A stretch of DNA of 63,356 nt, counting the filler, from Octopus bimaculoides (taxonomy: Eukaryota), in assembly GCF_001194135.2 (NCBI RefSeq). It is 8 parts of 8 records of this genome, joined end to end, with 100 filler letters (N's around TTAATTAATTAA, not from the genome) between each part and the next. Parts side by side here need not be neighbours in the genome. Positions count along the whole stretch, not along the records: positions 35,609 to 60,146 come from NC_068993.1; positions 60,247 to 61,898 come from NW_026415443.1; positions 61,999 to 63,356 come from NW_026422101.1; 5 more parts are not named here. One strand, written 5' to 3'. A program made the position numbers and the translations under genes. The notes beneath the pieces are model-generated. The model saw only the letters and a list, made by a program, of their open reading frames with translations, had not been told where the DNA came from and searched no databases. Of the stretch, positions 53,174 through 63,356 are shown in pieces; the first letter of the stretch is position 1; every line of letters starts with the position of its first letter.

Positions 53174-55701
53174 GCCTTTGCGCAGCTTCTAATGCTGGAG
53201 ATGTACTACAGTATCAGCTGTTCACTACCAGCGAACTAAGGTAATACCTATTATTTTTCGAGCAACTTCCGGAGTATGTATTCGGGCGGTTCCAAGCAGT
53301 GCTGTTTTCTGCAAGTGCTCCACCCTTATTGCTGCTCCTATTTGTTCCACTTCTCGAGATTTTTGCTCACTGTTCCCTGGGATCCGACAGTTATTGGTAC
53401 TACTGCTACCTTTTTCATCGACCACAACTGCTTAACTTCCCAAGCTAACCTGTCATATCTATTGACTTTTCTTTCTTCCATATCGCATACCTTGTTGTCA
53501 GCTGGGTAATGCTATATCTATGATCCAGCATAGTTTGTTTTCTCTCTCAATTAACACTATGTCCGGCTTCCTATTCTCTATCTCTATCTCGCACTGAATC
53601 ATAAAATCCCACAGGATCTTTGCATTTCTATTTTCGACGATGCCTTCAGGTTTGTGGTCGTGCCAATTTTCTGCTCTGTCAAGTCCATGCTTGTTGCAAA
53701 CTGTGCAATTGTAAGCCTGGCTATATTTTTGTGGCGTCTCTTATATTCCTTCTGGGCAAGTGGCGTACATTGGCTGGTGATATGTCATACGGTTTCACTG
53801 TTTTGTTCACAGATTCTGCACTTATTACTTTCTGCTGTGTTGTCTATTCTGCATTTTATGTAGTTTGTTCTTAGTGCTTTCTCTTGTGCAGCACAGATTA
53901 GAGCCTCCGTTTTCCGGTTTTAAATCAATTTTAGTGATCCACAGCCATCTTTTTTCTCTGTCTGTCTTATCTTCAACATCCCTATGAAATAGACCATTAC
54001 CCACCTATTTTCAGTTTCATTCGGTTTCAATTTCTTGTATAATGCTTTATCTTTGCAATCTTTCATCCTACACAAGCCTAGCGGTTCTGTGGAGTTTTTA
54101 AAATATCATGCTATGTTGTTTTCTTCTGCTCTAATGCTGTGTTCGCATCCAATAAGTCCTCTTCCTCACTTTTTCTTGGTACATACAGTCTGTCTGTGTC
54201 ACTTTTTGGGTGGAGTGACCCATATCTAGTTAGCGACTGTCTTGTCTTTCTGTCTAAGCTGTTTAGTTCGTCTACAGTCCATGAGATTATCCCTGCTGCA
54301 CATCTAAGGAGTGAAACTGCTCAGTTGTTGATAGCTTCAATCTTATTCCCGTCCGTTTAATTTCTACTTAAGGATCAGTCTCAGTCTGCGCAAGAACTCC
54401 ACCTTAAATGTTTCTGTCATTTCTTTCTCCATCAATTTATCCATTTCCCAAATCCCCAAGTACTTGTAGCTCGTCTCTTCTATCTGCTTCATAATCTCCC
54501 CCGACGGTATCGTTAGCTAGTCCATACATTTGATTTTGCCTCTCTTCAAGATTAACACACCACACCTTCTCAGTTCGCACTCCATTCTGATATCAGCACT
54601 GAAGGTATACACCGGATCGACGAGGGAACTGACTGACTCGTGCTTCATAAAATTTGAGGTCATCCATGAATAACAAAGGTTGACTTTTTGTTGGTGGCTT
54701 TTGAATACATAGCCAGCTTTTACTTTCCTCAGAATCAGTGTTAGTGGTATCAATTACAGTACAAAGATCAGTGGGGACAGGCAGTTCCCTTGGAAATCGC
54801 CCCTCCTAATTTCTACTGTCCCTAAACTTCATCCGTATGCTGTCAGGTCCGTTCTCCAATTCGCCATACTTTTTCCAAGCAATCGTTCAGCATTTGATGA
54901 AATACTAAATAAGTTCATCCCAAGAATGTGGGATCATATCCTACGCCTTATCGTACGATAGTCGATCCATGACATGGCTAAGTTACTTTTCCTCCTCTTG
55001 CAGTATCTAAGTACAGTTTTGTCTATCAGGAGTTGATTGATCCTTGGTACCTCTGCACATGTGGCAGGACTCCATTTTTTTCCAGATGTTCGTACATTGA
55101 CTTTGCGAGTATTCCAGTCAATAACTTCTACATAAGTGGCAAACAGGATATCGGCCTGTCATTGTCTACCGTATTGCCTTTCTCGAAGTTTTTCAGGCAC
55201 AGCACTGTCCTATCTAATGTCAACCACTCTGGTGTTAATTGGTCAGCATTTAACAAGGTGTTCAGTTGTGCAGCTATTCGTGCATGACATTCACCAAATC
55301 TTTTGATCCAGTAGCCTTGAACTCCATCTGGTCCCGGGGCCTTCTGGCTGCTCATTTTTTTGCTGATTTCCTTCACTTCCTTAACTGATATGACTAGTTC
55401 TGCTTGTTTTGGGCAGACTACTGTTTGTTTCAGTTCTTGCAACCATTCAGAATCCTTCTTGTGCTACTTGTCTTTGCTCAAAATGTCACTCTAAATCTTT
55501 TGTTCTCTGGTATCAACTTTTCATCTGTACACTCTCCATTTATTTCTTTATAGAATCTCTTCTGATCTACTCTGTATAACCTATTCTGGTGGTAACCCTT
55601 CTTTCTCTGGTCATATCTTACTATCTTTGCTTTCTTTGCAACGAAGCTCTGTTTCAGTTCCTCCATTACTTTCAGGCCCTTTCTTTCAATATTATACTTC
55701 C

Positions 55702-55702
<1 letters not shown>
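53174..55702 (-). mobile_element. R4/Dong-like retrotransposon, 5'-truncated and degenerate: RT, CCHC finger, restriction-like endonuclease
   Basis: KAPGPDGVQGYWIKRF; WIDY; FQGNCLSPLIF; LLFMDDL; KILWDFMIQC...NRKPDIVL...WIIDIA. The 3' end gctgcgcaaaggc runs into (AAG)n. Confidence 0.9.
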
Positions 55703-55777
<75 letters not shown>

Positions 55778-57160
55778 GCAGTAGTTTTATTTTTATAACG
55801 TACTTTTACCTCACTACCGNNNNNNNNNNTGCAGTAGTTTTATTTTTATAACGTGCTTTCACCTCACTACCGAGCGCAGCTCTGTGTGCCTTGGGTATGT
55901 GCTGTGGTTTGCTGTGATGCTCTTATGGTTACTGTATTGAAAGTGTTTTGTGTAGGATGTGTGCAGTGCCCATTAGTGCAATTTTCTGTATGTTATATAT
56001 ATTTGTATGTCCTGGTGTTTCTGTTATGTATTTGTCTGAATATTTTTTTTATTATACCTAATGCGCCTACCAAGATAGGAATTGTTTCTGTTTTTAGATT
56101 CCACATTCGAGTTACTTCTATTTCCAGGTCCTTGTATTTTGAAAGTTTCTCCACTTCTTTTAGGAAAATGTTGTCATCTGCTGGTATTGATACATCAATT
56201 AGAAAGCATTTTTTTCTTCATGATCTTTGACAACTATATCCGGTCTATTGGTATTAATTTCTCTATCTGTGTGTATTGGCATATCCCAGATTATGGTTGC
56301 TTTCTCGTTTTCTGTGACCTTTTATGGCGTGTGTTTATACCATCTATTTTCTGATGTTATTCCATAGTGTTGGCATAGCTTCCAGTGTATATAAGTCCCA
56401 GCTCTGTCGTGTCTGTGAATGTATTCCTTCTTAGCCAGGACTGGGCAGCCAGAGATATTATGATTTATTGTTTCTTGTCCATCGCCACATATTCTGCAGT
56501 TACTTGTTATGTTTCTTTTCATAATATGTTTTTGGTAATTTNNNNNNNNNNNNNNNNNNNNNNNNNNNNNNNNNNNNNNNNNNNNNNNNNNNNNNNNNNN
56601 NNNNNNNNNNNNNNNNNNNNNNNNNNNNNNNNNNNNNNNNNNNNNNNNNNNNNNNNNNNNNNNNNNNNNNNNNNNNNNNNNNNNNNNNNNNNNNNNNNNN
56701 NNNNNNNNNNNNNNNNNNNNNNNNNNNNNNNNNNNNNNNNNNNNNNNNNNNNNNNNNNNNNNNNNNNNNNNNNNNNNNNNNNNNNNNNNNNNNNNNNNNN
56801 NNNNNNNNNNNNNNNNNNNNNNNNNNNNNNNNNNNNNNNNNNNNNNNNNNNNNNNNNNNNNNNNNTCTTCTTCTTCTTCTTCTTCTTCTTCTTCTTCTTC
56901 TTCGTAGTATTTGTTAGGTAGTATGATTTCTTGTTTGTATTTGTCAGCTTCCTTAAATACTGAAAACAGTTTTTTGTTTTGCTCGTGTTTTGTGGCTATT
57001 TGTATTAGTTTTCCTTGCTTTTGAAGTAGGTATTTTTGAAGCCCTATGGTGGTTATTTTATAATAGTTTTCCAGCTGTATAAGACCTCTACCACCTTCTG
57101 TGCGTTGTATATATAGCCTTTCTATGTCAGATTTTGGGTGGTGCATCCTACATCCTGTCA
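55778..57160 (-). mobile_element. R4/Dong-like retrotransposon 3' portion (second subfamily) ending in (TAA)n
   Basis: MHHPKSDIERLYIQRTEGGRGLIQL; CRICGDGQETINHNISGCPVLAKKEYIHRHD; NRPDIVVKDHEEKKCFLIDVSIP. Confidence 0.92.
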
Positions 57161-57199
57161 TAGAGTATTCTGATGACAAACAGATAAGGAGTCAGAATG

Positions 57200-58850
57200 T
57201 TGTAAAAAATCTATATGAAAAGCATGAGTATGAGAAACGATAATTGCCTTCACATTGGACAAATGGCCCAGTTTGGATGATCTACTCTACGACCTTTACT
57301 TTTACATGCCAGTCTTGTTTGTGGACCTCTTGGCAGTTATCTACTGCAACTAGCAGCAGAACGAGAAGATTCTTAGTTCTATGAGAGGAACAGAGGTACT
57401 GCTGAAAAAGGAGCCAAACAAGGGGGATTTGAATGCAGATTTCAAAATTTTGGCAAAGATGTTAACGAAGAATTTAGCGTGATTGTGATGTGCAAATATG
57501 CTTCATCCCAACAACCTCTACCTCACATGATATAGTGCTCTAATCAATTCCATCAATCAAAAGCCTTTGATAGGATCAAGCATGAATACTTAGCGACTGT
57601 TCTCACGGTCGACACTTTCGGTCCCGTTTTCCGCGGCTGGACTTTCACAATGTACAACGATACCTGCGGTGCAGTTTGGACATCTGTAATATAAACTTGA
57701 CAAAATCTAACGGATTACGAGGTTGTGATGCGAGAAAACATCAATCAAGAAAATATCAGTTGACCAACAACTCGGCTCCAGAAGAGGCAGGCCTATCCCA
57801 TCCAAAAGCGACGTGAGGACCTGTATAGATCGACGGGTTAAATTGTTCAGGGTTTAGTTTGGAGAAGGACTGGAATGAGGTGCCGAACAGAATGTTAATC
57901 TCAACCAAGAATCGAGAGAACGCTATCACTGAACGCATCGTCACAGGTAGCGAACGCATACATCGCCTCCATCGTGCGTTGAGTCAGTTCACGTCCTGCT
58001 GGTCAGGTGCTCCATTTGTTGGCAACACCCAATGAGTGGAAGAATGGGTACGATTTGACTGATGATGTATAGGCATGCAATTAAGCTGCGATATCTCCAG
58101 CGTTTCCTTGGAAACGAACTTTTCTGTAGCTCATCTCTTTGACTGAGCTGCAGTCATGGATCAAGCGAAGACCGTGGCAGAGCACCTGGCACTTGGAATG
58201 TACTCAGCCGCTGACTACATTCAGGTAATTACTAGTAATTAGTAGTAAAGACCACTACTAGTCGTGTAATTTGTTCGGTGGAAGTTCCCCTTTGGTGTTT
58301 TTTAGAGTTTTAATGACAAGCAAGTGCAACGATATTCTCGGAGAGACTCTGGATGTCGACGTGAATCAACTGGCTGCTCTGTCCTAAAGTACTCTCGGAC
58401 TGACCGTGCTACAGGGTTGTGTCATTGTTGATATGAAATAAACTCTGCAGTATGGAACTGCTGGCAGCCGGGCCTCCTAAGAAGTGTTCAGAGCTACGAA
58501 ACTTATACACGCAATAATCCAGTGTTAGGACATTGCTGACTTGTTGATTTATGTCGAACCTGCTGTTATGTGTAGGACGGATCTAGCTATCGGGTGAGTA
58601 ATTTGGGAATATTGTCTCATGGCCTTCTTTTGACCGAGAAGTACAGCAGTATTTATCTGCATGGTGGCCTTAGCAAAAGCAGTTGTGTAATGGACCAGAT
58701 TGTAAAGGTTGGATGCAGGCCAAGCCCTCATCAGTCAACTTTTTCAGGTTCAACTTGAAAGGAAAAGTGATAATGGATAGAGGAGTGCTGCTTACTCGCA
58801 ACTTCGTTGAAAGGCTGATAAGTGGTACAAGAATGGTCTGAAGGCTTGTT
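57200..58850 (+). mobile_element. Highly degenerate Tx1/L1-clade LINE RT region
   Basis: LNADFKILAKMLTKNLA; KAFDRIKHEYLATVLTVDTFGPVFRGW; many stops and frameshifts. Confidence 0.8.
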
Positions 58851-58870
58851 CTAAGCATGCACCTATAAAC

Positions 58871-58973
<103 letters not shown>

Positions 58974-59189
58974 TTCATTAGCATCTTTCGATTCTGTTTC
59001 CATTTCTTGCCAAGTGTCTTCCTGACACCTACGACAGAGAAACGTACTGTATACATTGGTAAGCCATTAAAACAAGCACACCAGATTGTTCATTTACAGA
59101 GTCATGTGATAGAGGAAAGTGGAAGACAGAGAGAAAAAGGAAAAAATAAAAATTGAAAAGTAAACAAATGAAATATAGGGGAAAAAAAA

Positions 59190-59965
59190 ATAAATTACAG
59201 CGACAATGCTCTTCTCAATACGTGTGACGTACCAGTTAAGACAATCTTTTGCACTTCTTGCATGGATGTTAAGCCAGAGATCATTCTTAGTTAATTTTCA
59301 GTTCCGTGTTTGATCATTCCAAGTGCTCCGGCAATCCCTAGTATTGTAACCTCTTGAGAGGCCACTTCTTTTCAATTTCGATTAGCAGATCTTTATATTT
59401 TCTGAGGTTATCAAATTCTTTTGCCAAGATATTATGGTCACAGGGTATGCTCATGTCAAGCAATAAACAGACTTTATTGCTTCTGTCTTTCACAGAAATA
59501 TCTGGTTTATTTTCGTTGATGGTCCGATCTGTACATACTGGGAAGTATCAAAGAATAGTTACATTTTTCACTCAGTTACAGCCTCGGAGTGGTGCTTGTA
59601 CCATTTGTTATCAGTTTTGATTTTATAATGCCGATACATTATCCAACGTAAATATTAGCAAAATCCGTCATGTCTTGATTTGTATTCTACAGGCGCCAAA
59701 CCTTACATCCAGATATTAGGTGGTCGATTGTTTCTATCCCATCATTGCAGTATCAGCACTTCGGGTCTACACCATTTTTCATCACATTGGCTTGATAGTT
59801 CCGGGTCAATAAGCTCTGATCTTGGGCAGCCAAGAAAAAGCCTTCACTCTCTACCTTTAGCCTGGTCTACATCAGCTTGTTTGCTACGGGCTACTTTTTG
59901 CCATACAAAGGCTTCCTTCCAACCTATCAGACCCACCCAATTGTTCAAAGGTTCAACAGAATGAA
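59190..59965 (-). mobile_element. R4/Dong-like endonuclease fragment (third subfamily)
   Basis: NKPDISVKDRSNKVCLLLDMSIPCDHNILAKEFDNLRKYKDLLIEIEKKW...GALGMIK...QEVQKIVLTGTSHVLRRAL. Confidence 0.85.
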
Positions 59966-59997
59966 GATTCTTACGTGTTTTATGGTTTTCAACGTGC

Positions 59998-60069
<72 letters not shown>

Positions 60070-60146
60070 GTTCAGTAGTTTTATATATATAACGTGCTTT
60101 CACTTCACTACCGAGCGCAGCTCCGTGTGCCTTGGGTATGTGCTGC
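60070..60146 (-). mobile_element. R4/Dong-like 3' terminus followed by (TAA)n
   Basis: Nearly identical to 55831-55905 (cagtagtttt...aacgtgctttcac.tcactaccgagcgcagctc.gtgtgccttgggtatgtgctg). Confidence 0.85.
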
Positions 60147-60246
60147 NNNNNNNNNNNNNNNNNNNNNNNNNNNNNNNNNNNNNNNNNNNNTTAATTAATT
60201 AANNNNNNNNNNNNNNNNNNNNNNNNNNNNNNNNNNNNNNNNNNNN

Positions 60247-61898
60247 ACGTACGTACATACATACGTACGTACGTACATACATACGTACGTACATACGTAG
60301 GTACGAAGTACGTACGTACGTACGTTCGTCAGTACGTATACGTACGTGCGTACGTACGTACCTACGTACTTACGTAGGTATGTATTTATGTAGGTACGTG
60401 CGTATTTACGTACGTACATACGTAACTACGAAAATACGCACGTACGTACTTACGTACCTACGTACCTAAGTACGCAGGCACTTACGTACATACGTGTCTA
60501 CGTACGTACGCACATACGTACCTACGTATGTACGCAACTACGTACGTACGCACATACGTACAAAGATACGTAGGTACGTACGCACGTAGGTAACTAAGTA
60601 CATACGCACATACGCCCCTACGTACGTACGTACATACGTACGTACGTACCTACATACGTACATACGTAGGTACGTACCTACGTAAGTACGTACCTACGTA
60701 CGTACGTACGTACCTATATATGTACGTACCTACCTACGTACGTACCTACATATGGACTTACGTACCGACGTACGTATCTACATAAGTACGTACGTACCCA
60801 CGTACGTACCTACATACGTACATACATACGTACGTATGTAGGTACGTATATACGTATCTACATACGTACGTACCAGCGTACGTACCAACGCACGTACACG
60901 TACGTACCTACGTACGTACTCATGTACGTACATACGTACNNNNNNNNNNCACGTACACGTACGTACCTACGTACGTACTCATGTACGTACATACGTACGT
61001 ACTCACGTACGTACGCACATACATACCTACGCAAGTACCTACGTACATACATACGTACGTAAGTACGCACATACGCCCCTACGTACGAACATACATACGT
61101 ACCTACGTATGTCCGTACGTACGTACCTACATACGTACGTACATACGTAACTACGTAAGTACGTACGTACGTAGGTACGTAGTTACGTAGGTACGTACAT
61201 ACGTACATAAGTACCTACGTGCCTACGTACGTATCCACGTATATACGTACGTCCATACCTAGATACCTACGTACGTACCTACATATGTACGTACGTACCC
61301 ACGTATGTACATACATACNNNNNNNNNNCGTACGTACCTACATATGTACGTACGTACCCACGTATGTACATACATACGTACGTACGTACCCACATACATA
61401 CCTACATACGCACGTACCTACATGCGTATGTACATACATACGTACATACATACGTACGTACCTACATGCGTATGTACATACGTATGTAAGTACGTACGGA
61501 AGTAGGTACGTATGTAGGTTCGTATGTGGGTACGTATGTACGTACGTGTTGTCGTACGTATACGTATGTAGTTACGTAGGTAGGTACGTACATACGTAAC
61601 TGCGCACTACGCAAATACGTATCTACGTACGTACGCATGTACATACATACGTACATACGTATGTACGCGCGAAGGCACGTACGTACCTACGTACGTACGT
61701 TCGTACATACCTACGTATGTACGTACGCACGTAGGCACCTACGTGCGTACGCAAGTACCTACGTACGTACGCACATACGTACCTACGTATGTATGTACTT
61801 ATATACGTACGTACGAACGTACATACCTACATACGTACCTACGTACCAACATACGTATGTACGTGCACACGTACGTACGTAGGTATATATGTAGGTAC
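60247..61898. repeat. Degenerate (TACG)n/(TACA)n/(TACC)n CpG-rich satellite
   Basis: Seen directly; includes small gaps. Confidence 0.95.
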
Positions 61899-62204
61899 NN
61901 NNNNNNNNNNNNNNNNNNNNNNNNNNNNNNNNNNNNNNNNNNTTAATTAATTAANNNNNNNNNNNNNNNNNNNNNNNNNNNNNNNNNNNNNNNNNNNNGA
62001 ATAGTTGTATACACACACACACATATAAGGTAAGACATGTAGATATATACAGTAACAAAGAGAAACACATAGACACATGCATAGATATAGTCACAAACTC
62101 ACATACACAGTCAGAGAGAGAGACACGCTTAGACAGAATAAGACATCTTTGGCATCATCACATGCAGGTTGTAACACATTGAGTAACATTAACACACACT
62201 AATA

Positions 62205-62535
62205 CAATTATGCTGTTACACGCAGATACAGTTACTCACACACACAGTTACATCCACTGTTACAAACACGCTTGCACACACACAGTTACATGTAGTTATA
62301 CTTAAGTTACACATACACACACAGTTTACTTGTAACACACAGTAACACCAAAATACTGTTACACATAGAGTTACTGATGCTATTATATGTACTGTCACAC
62401 ATGCTGTCACACACATACAGTTACAGATATTTGTACACTCATTGTTACACACCATAATACATACAGTTACAGTAACAAACAATTTCTGATACAGATACAT
62501 ATGCAGTTACACCCACTGTTACACTGTTACAAACA
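62205..62535. repeat. Degenerate cagttaca/ctgttaca minisatellite
   Basis: Repeated acagttac / actgttac motifs; recurs at ~63090-63150. Confidence 0.7.
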
Positions 62536-62559
62536 CTGTTCCTTTTACTTCAGGCATGC

Positions 62560-62960
62560 TGGGGCACTGCCTTGACGGGTGTTAACTTGAAGAAATCAAA
62601 CCCAGGGCTTATTTTTTTAAAGCCTAGTACTTATTCTGTTGGCCTCTTTTGCCGAACTGCTAATTTATGGGGATGTGAACACACCAACATCGGTTGTGAA
62701 GGAGTGGTGGGGGGACAAGCACAGACACACATATATATATGTATATACATATCTACATATATATAAATATACACAACAGGTTTCTTTCAGTTTCTGTCTA
62801 CCAAATCCACTCACAANNNNNNNNNNNNNNNNNNNNNNNNNNNNNNNNNNNNNNNNNNNNNNNNNNNNNNNNNNNNNNNNNNNNNNNNNNNNNNNNNNNN
62901 NNNNNNCATGTGGTTGGTAAGCAAGCTACTCACCACACAGCCACTCCTGCACCTATGCAT
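62560..62960 (-). mobile_element. Family 3 SINE spanning a gap
   Basis: ttcaggcatgctggggcactgcc...ggggacaagcacagacac...ctaccaaatccactc...ccacacagccactcctgc. Confidence 0.75.
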
Positions 62961-63356
62961 ATATATATATATCAGTAAACATTGGTGCCTTGTGGTACCA
63001 CTACTCTACATTTATATATATATATAATATATACATATATATATACACATACATATATATATGCTGTTATACACACACATACAGTACGTATATTGTTACA
63101 TACTTACTCTCTGGCTGTTACACACACTGTTACATGTAGTTACACACACACACACACATACACAGAATTTAACCAACACAATAGTGATAATTAACATGTG
63201 AGAAGAGGGGTGGACATACTGTGTGTATTGGTGTATAACAATGTATGTATGCATGTGTATAACTGTGAATATATCCATGTATGTGTATATATAGCTGTGT
63301 ATGTATATGTGTGTGTATACCACAGTATATATATATGTATGTATATATATATATAT

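Noticed and set aside
55778-55870. Duplicated 42-bp R4 3' end on both sides of an 11-N gap (similar duplications flank the gaps at 60940 and 61319)
   Set aside because: Typical contig-overlap artefact.

Overview
AT-rich, microsatellite- and transposon-dense animal genomic DNA with many N gaps. Seven gaps carry an artificial TTAATTAATTAA linker, so distances across them are unknown. The repeat complement (tRNA-derived SINEs, RTE tails, Penelope-like, R4/Dong-like and Tx1/L1-like retroelements, mariner remnants) suggests a cephalopod, probably Octopus; this is inference. The only host coding sequence I can support is one 172-bp minus-strand exon (30087-30258) of a Golgi alpha-mannosidase II (GH38, MAN2A-type) gene, so most of the window is probably large introns. 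Almost all supplied ORFs are microsatellite, gap or transposon artefacts. Most notable: (1) a ~364-bp direct-repeat unit with a hammerhead ribozyme (HHR) fold that resembles a retrozyme/circRNA monomer; (2) further HHR motifs, one with an intact core; (3) a 1181-bp foldback DNA element with GG termini, an imperfect 8-bp TSD and inward-facing TTAGGG arrays, inserted in a Penelope-like GIY-YIG motif; (4) a ~275-bp near-perfect palindrome; (5) templated insertions at equivalent sites in two Penelope-like copies; (6) a same-strand array of R4/Dong-like fragments strung on trinucleotide microsatellites; (7) a 1.65-kb CpG-rich (TACG)n satellite. All calls were made by eye; no searches or folding programs were run.
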